DNA of 46,756 bases, taken from assembly GCA_035258565.1 (NCBI GenBank), contig DATFXF010000279.1, forward strand, positions 1-46,756. Reading direction: 5' to 3'. The notes beneath the pieces were generated by a model. It was not told where the DNA came from. It saw nothing but the letters and a program-made list of their open reading frames with translations, and did not search any database. Positions 18,663 through 27,345 of the stretch are shown here, piece after piece. Made by a program: the position numbers and the translations under genes. Position 1 is the stretch's first letter, and each line of letters opens with the position of its first letter. The DNA is from Candidatus Acidiferrales bacterium. Its GTDB lineage: Bacteria > Acidobacteriota > Terriglobia > Acidiferrales > UBA7541.

Positions 18663-19241
18663 TCATCTCTTCGGCCGGCTGGACGCCTTGCCGGCCGCAT
18701 CGGCCTCGGCGTCGAGATGGCCCTCCGCTTTCATCCCGCTCCAAACCTCCTCGAAGACGTCGCGCGCCGCCTGGTCAAACAGCACGAAATAGACTTTCTG
18801 AACGCTCGTGGGCTGCTTCAGGTGTTCAACCACTTCGCGTAGCATGATCTCGGCGCACTCGCGCGTTGGGAATCCGGCGATGCCCGTGCCGACCGCAGGA
18901 AACGCGATGGTCCGGAGCCCCTTCTCTCGCGCGATGCGGAGTGCATGTGCGGTAGAGCTGCGCAGGGCGTAGGCAGTGGTGCGCCCGCCAAGTTGCATGC
19001 TCGCCGCGTGAATGACGAAGCGAGCTTTCAGCCGGCCGCCCGAAGTGATCGCCGCGTCGCCAACCGGGATGCTGCCGATCTCGTCGCACTCGTGCTGGAT
19101 GGCCTCGCCGCCTTTGCGGCGAATTGCTCCCGCGATGCCGCCGCCGAGCTTGAGGTCGTTGTTGGCGGCGTTGACGATGGCATCCACATCCATCTCGGTC
19201 AGGTCGCCTTTCTCGATCATGACCTTGTCGGCGATGCGCAT
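18663..19241 (-). CDS. Macro domain protein (MacroD/YmdB-like ADP-ribose / O-acetyl-ADP-ribose hydrolase)
   Basis: GDLTEMDVDAIVNAANNDLKLGGGIAGAI..., ...FVIHAAS..., ...IAFPAVGTGIAGFP are canonical macro-domain motifs. Confidence 0.85.
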   Translation of the reverse strand: MRIADKVMIEKGDLTEMDVDAIVNAANNDLKLGGGIAGAIRRKGGEAIQHECDEIGSIPVGDAAITSGGRLKARFVIHAASMQLGGRTTAYALRSSTAHALRIAREKGLRTIAFPAVGTGIAGFPTRECAEIMLREVVEHLKQPTSVQKVYFVLFDQAARDVFEEVWSGMKAEGHLDAEADAAGKASSRPKR

Positions 19242-19288
19242 ATCGACCCCGATGATAGCAGAGGTGGCCCGGCTGTTGAGAAGGCCGC

Positions 19289-20167
19289 TTACAGCTTGCC
19301 GTCGGCGGCCTTGGCTTCCGGATATTCGAAGACGCCGCGGCCCGATTTGCGCCCCAGCCGTCCCGCCTTGACGTACTGGCGGAGCAGCGGCGCCGGCCGA
19401 TACTTCTCGCCCAGGGTCTTGTGCAGGTATTCGAGGATGCTGAGCCGGACGTCGAGCCCGACGAGGTCCACCAGTTCAAACGGCCCCATCGGATGGTTCA
19501 GGCCGAGTTTCACAGCCTTGTCGATGTCTTCCGCGGATGCGATGCCTTCCCCGAGCATGGTGAAGGCCTCGTTGCCGATCAGGACGTTCAGGCGGCTGGT
19601 GATGAAGCCGGGCGATTCGCGCGCTACGACGACTTCCTTGCCCATGCGCTGGCCGACTTCACGACAGGTTTCGAGCGTGTCGTCGGAGGTTTCGAGGGCC
19701 CGAACGATCTCGAGCAGCTTCATCTTCGGAACGGGGTTGAAGAAATGCATGCCCACGCACTTTTCAGGCCGGCACGTCATCGCCGCCATCTCGGTGATGG
19801 AAAGCGAGGAGGTGTTCGAAGCGAAGATGGACCCAGGCTTCGCAAACCTGTCGAGCAGCGTGAAGATCTCGAGCTTCAACTCCATCTCCTCGGGCACCGC
19901 TTCGATGATCAGGTCTGCCTCGCGGCAGGCGTCTTCTACCGAGCGCGCGGTGGTGAGCTGTTTGAGCGCCGTCTCCCTCTGCTCGGATGTAACCTTGCCA
20001 CGCGCGAGCCCTTCGTCAAGCCCTTGGCGGATGTATTCGAGCCCCGCCTCGAGCAGGGGGGCTGAAATGTCTTCGAGAATCGTCCGATAGCCACCCAGGG
20101 CCGCCGCATACGCGATGCCACGCCCCATTGTGCCTGCTCCGATTACGGCAATGGTGTCGATGTTCAT
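19289..20167 (-). CDS. 3-hydroxyacyl/3-hydroxybutyryl-CoA dehydrogenase (Hbd/PaaH-like)
   Basis: The internal ATG gives MNIDTIAVIGAGTMGRGIA (Rossmann fold). NTSSLSI, HFFNPVP and GFITSRL motifs. AAGGAAG SD upstream. Confidence 0.88.
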   Translation of the reverse strand: MNIDTIAVIGAGTMGRGIAYAAALGGYRTILEDISAPLLEAGLEYIRQGLDEGLARGKVTSEQRETALKQLTTARSVEDACREADLIIEAVPEEMELKLEIFTLLDRFAKPGSIFASNTSSLSITEMAAMTCRPEKCVGMHFFNPVPKMKLLEIVRALETSDDTLETCREVGQRMGKEVVVARESPGFITSRLNVLIGNEAFTMLGEGIASAEDIDKAVKLGLNHPMGPFELVDLVGLDVRLSILEYLHKTLGEKYRPAPLLRQYVKAGRLGRKSGRGVFEYPEAKAADGKL

Positions 20168-20187
20168 CCGTGCTTCCTTGGCTTCCT

Positions 20188-20862
20188 CTAGCATCCTGGA
20201 ACCACTGGCACTCCACTCTTCTCCATCGTTCGGCTGCGCACCTCGTCGCCGATCTCGAGCAACTGACGTGCTGCGCGCCGGGCCGATTCCTGTGCCGGGC
20301 GCGTGACGGCGAGGCTCCCCAGCAACCGGCACCCCGCTTGTTGGTGACTCTCTTCATCGGGGTTGATGACCTCCCGGTAGAGGTCGGCGAGGTGCTCTTG
20401 CCCGATGCCTTCGAGAAACTTCAGGAACTGGGCATTGCGTCGGCCGCCCATGGCCTCGCGCGCCACCAGCGCGGCGGCGATGCGCTCGACAGTGGTCTCG
20501 AGCGTGCGCAGGTAGGCCAGCACGGGACTGGGCGGATCAAGCGGGTCATAGCCCTGGAGGCTGATGCCCAGCCGCTCGGCGTTCTCCGCGAGCAATTGGA
20601 AGTGTCGTGCCTCGTCGCCCGCATGGCGAGCGAAGACCAACTTGGCCTCGAGTTCCGGAGTCGTCGAGACCCACTCCGCCGCGATTGCTGCCGCTTCCAT
20701 CTCGTTCTTGAGCGCCATCTTGAGAAGCGCTCCGAGCGTGCCTACGGCACCCCCCTGCCCTGTCATGGCCGGAGCAGCATCGAGCTTGGCCAGCCACTTC
20801 TCGTTCTCGGCCACGAGTTGCTCGACGAACCCTTTGCTGTCCATGGCCGCATGCATGCTCAT
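20188..20862 (-). CDS. Ferritin-like diiron-carboxylate protein, function unknown
   Basis: Two E...ExxH pairs are visible: KNEMEAA ... DEARH and REAMGG ... EESH. The start overlaps the amidohydrolase stop in an ATGA arrangement. Confidence 0.6.
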   Translation of the reverse strand: MSMHAAMDSKGFVEQLVAENEKWLAKLDAAPAMTGQGGAVGTLGALLKMALKNEMEAAAIAAEWVSTTPELEAKLVFARHAGDEARHFQLLAENAERLGISLQGYDPLDPPSPVLAYLRTLETTVERIAAALVAREAMGGRRNAQFLKFLEGIGQEHLADLYREVINPDEESHQQAGCRLLGSLAVTRPAQESARRAARQLLEIGDEVRSRTMEKSGVPVVPGC

Positions 20863-21722
20863 GCGTTCTGAGGAATCAGCGGGAACAGCCGCGCCGCATT
20901 GTCATAGAGAATCTTGCGCCGGGCCAATTCCGAGAGCGGCAGCCGCAGGAACTTTTCAATATTGCCGCGCACGTCCGGCACACCCGGGCCCGGCCAATCC
21001 GTGCCGAACAAGACTTTATCGGCGATCTCCTCGAGCCGGGGAAAATACTCCAGCAGCTTCGCGGGCGGAATGCCAGAAATGTCCAGATGGAAGTTCAGAT
21101 GCCGGCGGACGAGGAAAAAGGCCTCTTTCATCCAGAGCGGACGCCCGCCGTGCGCCAGGATCACGACGAGGCCCGGAAAGTCTACGCCCAGGTCGTCAGC
21201 CAGCATCGGTTGAGCATGGACGTTGCGGGCCCCGGGAAAGATTGAAGTGCCCGTGTGGATCATCACCGGCAGGCCGTTCGCCTGCGCTCTTTCGTAAACG
21301 GCCGCCAAGGGTCCCAGGCCGTTGCGATAGGCATTGGGCGCAAACAACTGATGCGACGGGTGCACCTTGAGCCCGCGGATGCCGATCTTTGCCAGCCGGT
21401 CCACTTCGGCGCCGGCATCGGCGACGTATCTCGGGTGCACCGAGCCGAAGGCGATCAGCCGCTGGGGCGCGGCGCTCGCATAGCGTGCGACCCAATCGTT
21501 GACCTCCGGCGGGAATCCGATCACATCAGGGCTCACGTAGTTGATCAGTCCGGCGCGTTCCACACCCGCCTCGTCCAGAAATTCGAGAAAGGCCGACGGG
21601 TCCTTTGAGAACCTCTCCAGTTGGTCGAAATCGCGCCTCCCACGCTTCATGAGCTCGAGCGCCGCGGGCTTGAACAGATCGAGCGGCTGGATGTGGACGT
21701 GAATGTCGATTACCGGAAGCAC
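20859..21722 (-). CDS. Amidohydrolase_2 family metal-dependent hydrolase/decarboxylase (ACMSD/LigI/LigW-like)
   Basis: VIDIHVHIQP HxH motif, ...VHPSH..., ...VILAHGG..., ...FGTDWP. The start is reassigned to GTG 21722, preceded by AGGAG with a 6-nt spacer, 13 nt after the upstream stop. Confidence 0.75.
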   Translation of the reverse strand: MLPVIDIHVHIQPLDLFKPAALELMKRGRRDFDQLERFSKDPSAFLEFLDEAGVERAGLINYVSPDVIGFPPEVNDWVARYASAAPQRLIAFGSVHPRYVADAGAEVDRLAKIGIRGLKVHPSHQLFAPNAYRNGLGPLAAVYERAQANGLPVMIHTGTSIFPGARNVHAQPMLADDLGVDFPGLVVILAHGGRPLWMKEAFFLVRRHLNFHLDISGIPPAKLLEYFPRLEEIADKVLFGTDWPGPGVPDVRGNIEKFLRLPLSELARRKILYDNAARLFPLIPQNA

Positions 21723-21735
21723 CTCGAGCTCCTGG

Positions 21736-22755
21736 TCAGTTTGCCGCCGGAGGCGCGGGCCCGCCGTTCTCCGCCTGCCAGGCCTCCTCCAATGCGCGGC
21801 GGGTGAACAGGCGAACCATCTCACGGCGGTACACCGGCGTTGAGGCCGAAGTAGTCAGCGGCTTGCCCGTGCGAATCGCTTCGCGCGCGACGCGCTCAAC
21901 CAGTTCTGGGGAATACCGCTGGCCCGCCAAGTATTCCCCGGCCTCACGGACAATGAGTGGCGCCGGATTGAGCGCAGTGATCGCGACACGCGCATCGCGG
22001 CAGACGCCGCTCGGGTCCACCTTGAGCGTGACCGCAACACCCGCCAGCGGATAATCAATGGAATTGCGGATGCGCAGCTTGTGGTAGATCCCGCGGCGGT
22101 CCGCTGTGCCTCGGGGCAGGTAAACGGCGGTGACCAACTCGTCAGGCGCGAGGGCAATGCGGTTCATGCCGTCGTTCAAGTAGAACTCCGCGAGCGGCAG
22201 TCGGCGTGCGCCGCGCGGACCCGCAATTTCAATCTCCGTGTCGAGCGCCAGAAGGGCTGGCGCCGAATCGCCCGACCAGACGGCCCAGCAGCGCTTACCG
22301 CCGGGTGCCACGTGGCAGCGGTCACCGTCCTTTTTGAGGCAATATCCGAGCGATTTCCGCCAGAAATAGGACTGGTTGTACCAGAGGCAGCGCGTCTCGA
22401 GACACAGGTTGCCGCCGAGCGTGCCCATATTCCGCTGCAAGGGCCCGGCGATGGTCCGAACGGCGCTGGCCAAGACGGGGTACTTTGCGCGCACGACCGG
22501 CGACTCGGCAATCTCGCTCAGCGTCGTCAGCGCGCCGATGCGTAGCGTGCCCGCGGCGACAGTGGTGATGTCACGGAGCTCGCGAATCGGCTTGATGTCC
22601 ACGAGCACTCGCGGCGAGAAGAGCTTCATCTGCAGATTCGGCACGACGTCGGTGCCGCCGGCAATGATCATGGCCTCCGGGCCGTACTCCGCGAGGAGGT
22701 GCACCGCCTCGGGGATGCTCTTCGGGCGCGCCAGGGTGGCAGCCGGCATCGTCAT
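21736..22755 (-). CDS. FAD-binding subunit of a xanthine-dehydrogenase-family enzyme with an extra Cys-rich (probable Fe-S) insertion; 4-hydroxybenzoyl-CoA reductase beta-like
   Basis: IIAGGTDVVPNL FAD motif. Insertion C118-x4-C123-x15-C139-x7-C147-x8-C156 (NLCLETRCLWYNQSYFWRKSLGYCLKKDGDRCHVAPGGKRCW). 339 aa is longer than ordinary CoxM-type subunits. Confidence 0.7.
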   Translation of the reverse strand: MTMPAATLARPKSIPEAVHLLAEYGPEAMIIAGGTDVVPNLQMKLFSPRVLVDIKPIRELRDITTVAAGTLRIGALTTLSEIAESPVVRAKYPVLASAVRTIAGPLQRNMGTLGGNLCLETRCLWYNQSYFWRKSLGYCLKKDGDRCHVAPGGKRCWAVWSGDSAPALLALDTEIEIAGPRGARRLPLAEFYLNDGMNRIALAPDELVTAVYLPRGTADRRGIYHKLRIRNSIDYPLAGVAVTLKVDPSGVCRDARVAITALNPAPLIVREAGEYLAGQRYSPELVERVAREAIRTGKPLTTSASTPVYRREMVRLFTRRALEEAWQAENGGPAPPAAN

Positions 22756-25076
22756 CGCGCGCCGCCTTTCTCCCGTTTGACCGCTCCGCCGCCCCGCAGT
22801 TGCTTGTCGTGGAGCGCGGCCAGAACCTTTTCGGGAGTAATCGGCAGCGAGTGAATACGCACCCCGACCGCGTCATAGATGGCGTTGGCGACGGCCGGGA
22901 TGGTGGCCGCGAGCGAGCCTTCACCGGCCTCCTTGGCACCGAAGGGGCCCTCGGGATCCATGCTTTCGACGATGATGGACTCTATCTCCGGCGTCTCCAG
23001 CGTGGAAGGAATGCGGTACTCGAGCAGCGTCGGGTTCATCAGTCGGCCCTTGTTCCAGAGCATCTCTTCCTGAAGGGCCTGGCCGAGCCCCATATAAACG
23101 GAGCCTTCGATCTGCCCCTCGACGGTCAAGGGGTTGAGCGCTTTGCCGCAATCGTGCGCGGCGATGATCCGGTGGACTTGGATCTGGCCGGTCTCCGTGT
23201 CCACGGAAACCTCGGCGACCTGTGCGCTGTAGCTGTACGATGGCGAAGGCCCTACGCCGGCACCCTTGAATTTTCCGCCGCGCGCCTCTTCGGGCGGAGC
23301 GTAGGTGCCTTGAGCCACAAGCGCGCCGCGGAAATCGAGCGCCGCGCCCACCGCTTCTTCAAAGCGCAGACGAAGGCGCGAGTCGTCCAAAGTAAAAACC
23401 ATGTCGTCGCGCGCCTCGAGCAGCTGCGGGTCGCATCCGAACTTGCGCGCCACCCCTTCCAGGATTTGAGCGCGCATATTCTTCGCCGCTTCGAGACACG
23501 CATTTCCGGCCATAAACGTGACACGGCTCGAATAGCTGCCGAGGTCCACCGGAGTCAGTTCGGTATCGGCGGCAACGAGCTTGATTCGTTCCGGGCGCAC
23601 GCCCAGCACTTCGGCCACAATCTGCACCTGAATTGTGTCTGAGCCCTGGCCGATCTCCGAAGCGCCCGTGTATAGCGTCACCGCCGCATCTCGATCGATC
23701 TTGATGTGCACCGTGGTATGCGGCATGTTCGAGCGGATGATCGGGTTCGCTGCCCCGCTGACGTAATGGCTGCAGGCCAGGCCCACGCCGCGCCCAAAGG
23801 GCAACCGACCTTTCTTTGCCGCCCAGCCGGAGCGCTCAACGACCTTTTCGATGCACTCCGGCAGGCCATAGCTGGTCACGCGTAGTCCGTTGGCCGTGAG
23901 GCAGGGAGCCTTCAGGAGATTGCGCCGGCGGACTTCAGCGGGGTCGAGTCCCGCGTCGTGCGCCAGCGCATCGAGCATGACCTCAAACGCGAAGCGGACG
24001 TTCACCGTACCGTGGCCGCGCATGGCCCCGCAGGCAGGCTTGTTCGTGAGAACGCGGTAGCCATCAAAGCGCACGTTGGGAATGTCGTAGATGGCGCCCA
24101 GCAGCGCGCCCGAGTAGAGCACGGTGACTGGTCCGTAGCCGCAGTAGGCACCACCATCCTGCACGACCCGCGCCGCCACGGCGCTGATCTTTCCCTCGCG
24201 GGTGAGGCCAACCTTCAGGTCCACGATGGTAATGGGCCGGCCTCGATGCGCATAAAAAACCTCCTCGCGCGTATAAGTGATTTTCACCGGCCGGTAAGCC
24301 TTCTTCGCAAGCACCGGCGCGGCCACCTCGAGCGGGATCACTTCGCTCTTGCCGCCAAATCCGCCGCCGACGAGCGGTTTGATCACGCGGATCTGGCTCA
24401 TGGGCATCTCGCAGACTTCGGAGATGGTGCGATGGAGGTAGTAGGGGACCTGAGTGGAAGAGTAAACGGTCAGCCGGCCGTCGGGCTCCCAGACGGCCAG
24501 CGTCGAATGCGGCTCCATGGCCGCGTGCGTAACCTCACCTGCGAAGTAACGCTCCTCGCGAACGAACGTCGCCTCGGCGAATCCTTTTTCCACATCGCCG
24601 AACACATGGTGATACTCCTTTTCGATGTTGTTCGGCTTGCTTTCGTGAATCCAATCGCGCGTGGCCTGCATGGATTCGAGCGGATCGAACCATGCCGGCA
24701 GCAGTTCGTAATCCACCTCGATCAGGTCGAGTGCCTGCTCGGCGAGCTCGAGGCTCACGGCCGCGACGGCAGCAAGGTTGTCGCCGATGTAGCGCGCCTT
24801 ATCCAGTGCAAAGACACGCTCGTCGTGGCCGATGGGCAGGATGCCATAGGGGTGGGGCGCATCACCCCCCGTCGCAACCGCTTTGACGCCGGGCAGGGCT
24901 TCCGCCTTCGAGGTATCGATTGCGCGAATGCGGGCGTGGGCGTGCGGCGAATGAAGAATCTTGCCGTAAAGCATTCCCGGCACAAGGAGGTCGTCGGCGT
25001 ATTTGCCGAGGCCGGTGATCTTGGCCGGAGCGTCGGTCATGGGAAGGGGCTGCCCGATGATGGAATGAGGCGCCAT
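22752..25076 (-). CDS. Molybdopterin-binding large subunit of a xanthine-dehydrogenase-family enzyme (4-hydroxybenzoyl-CoA reductase alpha-like)
   Basis: 774 aa. Aldehyde oxidase/xanthine dehydrogenase a/b hammerhead and MoCo-binding patterns (GGGFGGK, ...GQG..T). 4-nt overlap with the FAD subunit gene. Confidence 0.8.
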   Translation of the reverse strand: MAPHSIIGQPLPMTDAPAKITGLGKYADDLLVPGMLYGKILHSPHAHARIRAIDTSKAEALPGVKAVATGGDAPHPYGILPIGHDERVFALDKARYIGDNLAAVAAVSLELAEQALDLIEVDYELLPAWFDPLESMQATRDWIHESKPNNIEKEYHHVFGDVEKGFAEATFVREERYFAGEVTHAAMEPHSTLAVWEPDGRLTVYSSTQVPYYLHRTISEVCEMPMSQIRVIKPLVGGGFGGKSEVIPLEVAAPVLAKKAYRPVKITYTREEVFYAHRGRPITIVDLKVGLTREGKISAVAARVVQDGGAYCGYGPVTVLYSGALLGAIYDIPNVRFDGYRVLTNKPACGAMRGHGTVNVRFAFEVMLDALAHDAGLDPAEVRRRNLLKAPCLTANGLRVTSYGLPECIEKVVERSGWAAKKGRLPFGRGVGLACSHYVSGAANPIIRSNMPHTTVHIKIDRDAAVTLYTGASEIGQGSDTIQVQIVAEVLGVRPERIKLVAADTELTPVDLGSYSSRVTFMAGNACLEAAKNMRAQILEGVARKFGCDPQLLEARDDMVFTLDDSRLRLRFEEAVGAALDFRGALVAQGTYAPPEEARGGKFKGAGVGPSPSYSYSAQVAEVSVDTETGQIQVHRIIAAHDCGKALNPLTVEGQIEGSVYMGLGQALQEEMLWNKGRLMNPTLLEYRIPSTLETPEIESIIVESMDPEGPFGAKEAGEGSLAATIPAVANAIYDAVGVRIHSLPITPEKVLAALHDKQLRGGGAVKREKGGAR

Positions 25077-25079
25077 GTC

Positions 25080-25586
25080 TCAGCGTTCCACCGGCGCCTG
25101 AGCGGCGGCAGCGCGGGATGACGCGCGCTCGATGGCCAGCTTCACGGATTCGTAGATCTGCATGTAGCCAGTGCAGCGGCAGAGATTCGAGGAGAGCGCA
25201 TCGCGGATCTCCTCAAGCGTCGGGCGCGGGCGGCGATCCAGCAGGGCCTTCGTGGCAATCAGAAACCCCGGGGTGCAGTAACCGCACTGCGCGCCGCCGG
25301 CCACCGCAAACCCTTCCTGCACGGGATCGAGCTCGCCCGGCGGCGCGATGCCCTCGACGGTGACAATCTCCTCCTCCTGGTAGCAGGAGGCGATGGCCAC
25401 GCAAGACAGCATGGGCACGCCGTCCACGAGCACCGCACAACAGCCGCAGCTCGAATCATCGCAACCGCGCTTGGAGCCTGTGAGGCCCAGGTCCTCGCGC
25501 AGCACATCGAGGAGCAGCTTGCTGGGCGGGACGGCAGCCTCGTGCACCTCGCCGTTCACCTTCAGACGAATCAGCTCTTTCGCCAT
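25080..25586 (-). CDS. [2Fe-2S]-binding small subunit of the same enzyme (gamma-like)
   Basis: GCDDSSCGCCAV plant-type cluster and CGYCTPG ... CRCTGY second cluster. 3-nt gap to the large subunit gene. Confidence 0.85.
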   Translation of the reverse strand: MAKELIRLKVNGEVHEAAVPPSKLLLDVLREDLGLTGSKRGCDDSSCGCCAVLVDGVPMLSCVAIASCYQEEEIVTVEGIAPPGELDPVQEGFAVAGGAQCGYCTPGFLIATKALLDRRPRPTLEEIRDALSSNLCRCTGYMQIYESVKLAIERASSRAAAAQAPVER

Positions 25587-25628
25587 GGAATCGAATCCCC
25601 TAGCCCAGTGGTCCGGGCTTGACGGCTC

Positions 25629-26552
25629 TCAATATCCGAAGTCGGCGGGCGCAGAGTAGGCATGCCGACGCACGCCCAAGGTTTCCACTCGGCACGCGCC
25701 GAGCCGATTCATATACTCACGCCGGTCAGCCACACCACTGACCCAGTGTTCGAGCCAGCGTTCGAAATCCTCAAGCTGCCGGCTCTGCTCGTGATACTGG
25801 CTGAAAAATTCGTGGTCGCGCCCGTAATAGCCCTGCACCGGCGAAGGGTGCGCGCCCCAGGGTTCGTGCACCACCGCCGCCACCAGGAACCCAGGAATGA
25901 CCGTTCGATTTGGATCCGAGGCGATGACCTCCGGCGGAACGATCTCCTCGGCGACCACGATCACCTTGCGAGCGGCTCGCGCGCCGTCCACGGCCACGCC
26001 CAGGTTGCCCCACAGATGCGTATTGCCAAACGCGTCGGCGCGCTGCGCATGGATGATGGCCACGTCAGGTCGCAGCGCACGCACCGCGATCAGTTTTTCC
26101 TCGTTCACCGGCGAAGAAAACTCGCGCAAGTTGCCATTTTTCTTAAGCAGGTCGCTGCCCAGGGTTGCATAGGTGGGCATGAACGGCACCCCCAGCGCCC
26201 CCGCATGCAATGCGAGCGCCAAGGTCAAATTCGAATAGTCCACCATCTGCACCGCCCGCGGGATGTGACGCTCGACCGCACGACGAAAGCAGTAGCCCAC
26301 ACCCGCCGAAACGTTGCCCACCCACGCCGCCAGGACCTTGGCGACCGAACCAGCGCCAATCATCTGGTCAAACAGGATGTCGGAAATCGGCCCCACGAGC
26401 GTGAGGTCGCGGCATCCTTGGCGGATGATCTCGTGTCCGGCGGCGAAGGGGATCATCTGCTCGAGCTGAGCGCCCATCAGAATCATCGAGCCCGAGGGTA
26501 CGTGCTGTGCGATCGCTTCCCCGATGGGAATGAGTTTGGAGGCCGCGCTCAT
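25629..26552 (-). CDS. Class I CoA-transferase subunit A (glutaconate CoA-transferase GctA-like)
   Basis: 307 aa. The N-terminus KLIPIGEAIAQHVPSGSMILMGA and overall pattern are typical of GctA/AtoD-like alpha subunits. Confidence 0.7.
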   Translation of the reverse strand: MSAASKLIPIGEAIAQHVPSGSMILMGAQLEQMIPFAAGHEIIRQGCRDLTLVGPISDILFDQMIGAGSVAKVLAAWVGNVSAGVGYCFRRAVERHIPRAVQMVDYSNLTLALALHAGALGVPFMPTYATLGSDLLKKNGNLREFSSPVNEEKLIAVRALRPDVAIIHAQRADAFGNTHLWGNLGVAVDGARAARKVIVVAEEIVPPEVIASDPNRTVIPGFLVAAVVHEPWGAHPSPVQGYYGRDHEFFSQYHEQSRQLEDFERWLEHWVSGVADRREYMNRLGACRVETLGVRRHAYSAPADFGY

Positions 26553-26565
26553 CGTCTTCCGACCC

Positions 26566-27345
26566 TCAGCGCCCTTTCCACACCGCTACACGTTTCTCGA
26601 GAAATGCCTGCACGCCTTCCTTGGCGTCTTCGGTTTTCGCCAGCTTGCCAAGATAGAGGCGCTCTGTCTCCGCCAGCCGCCGGTCGAAGTCATCCGCCGG
26701 AATCCGCCGCAATGCTCCACGAGCCATCCGCAGGATCGCCGGGCTCAGCCCGTTGAGCTCGTTCACCAGCGACTCGACGGAACGGGAGAGCCGCTTTTCC
26801 GGGACCACGCGCGTGACCAGGCCCAGCTCCTTTGCTTCCCGCGCCGAGATCGTGCGGCCGGTCAGGATCAGGTCCGTCGCCGCGAGCCGCCCAATCAGGC
26901 GCGGCAGGGTGACCAGCGCTACCGGCGGCACGCAACCCAGCTTGATTTCCGGCTGGCCGAACTGGGCCGAATCGGCGGCCACCACGAAATCGCAGAATGT
27001 GGCCAGCTCCATTCCCCCGCCCAGGCAGTAGCCGTGCACGGCGGCGATGGTGATCGAGCGAGCCCGGTTGAGTTGGCGGAAAATGGCGTGAAATGCCTTC
27101 AGCATCCCGCCGACGCGGTCGGGCGTGTGGTCGCGCACCTCCGCGCCGGCGCAAAACGCCTTCCCACCGCTGCCTCGAAAGACCAAGAAGTCACACCGCG
27201 CGGTCAGCGAACTGACCGCGCGTTCCAGTTTGCGCATCATGGGGATATCGAGGACGTTGAGCGGAGGCCGGTCGAGCGTCACGACGGCCTTGCGCCCTTC
27301 GATGACGACGTGAATAGTGGCGCGGCCCAACATCGGCGTACTCAT
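26566..27345 (-). CDS. Enoyl-CoA hydratase/isomerase family protein (both catalytic Glu present)
   Basis: FCAGAEV, GYCLGGGMELA, GQPEIKLG crotonase motifs. ATGA overlap with the upstream CoA-transferase B gene. Confidence 0.85.
   Translation of the reverse strand: MSTPMLGRATIHVVIEGRKAVVTLDRPPLNVLDIPMMRKLERAVSSLTARCDFLVFRGSGGKAFCAGAEVRDHTPDRVGGMLKAFHAIFRQLNRARSITIAAVHGYCLGGGMELATFCDFVVAADSAQFGQPEIKLGCVPPVALVTLPRLIGRLAATDLILTGRTISAREAKELGLVTRVVPEKRLSRSVESLVNELNGLSPAILRMARGALRRIPADDFDRRLAETERLYLGKLAKTEDAKEGVQAFLEKRVAVWKGR

Noticed and set aside
18945-20090. 381-aa plus-strand ORF
   Set aside because: It is antisense to the macro-domain and 3-hydroxyacyl-CoA dehydrogenase genes. It has Ser/Arg/Ala-rich low-complexity translation.
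23958-25121. 387-aa plus-strand ORF, plus 22800-23642 +
   Set aside because: Both are antisense to the 774-aa molybdopterin subunit gene and have no motifs.
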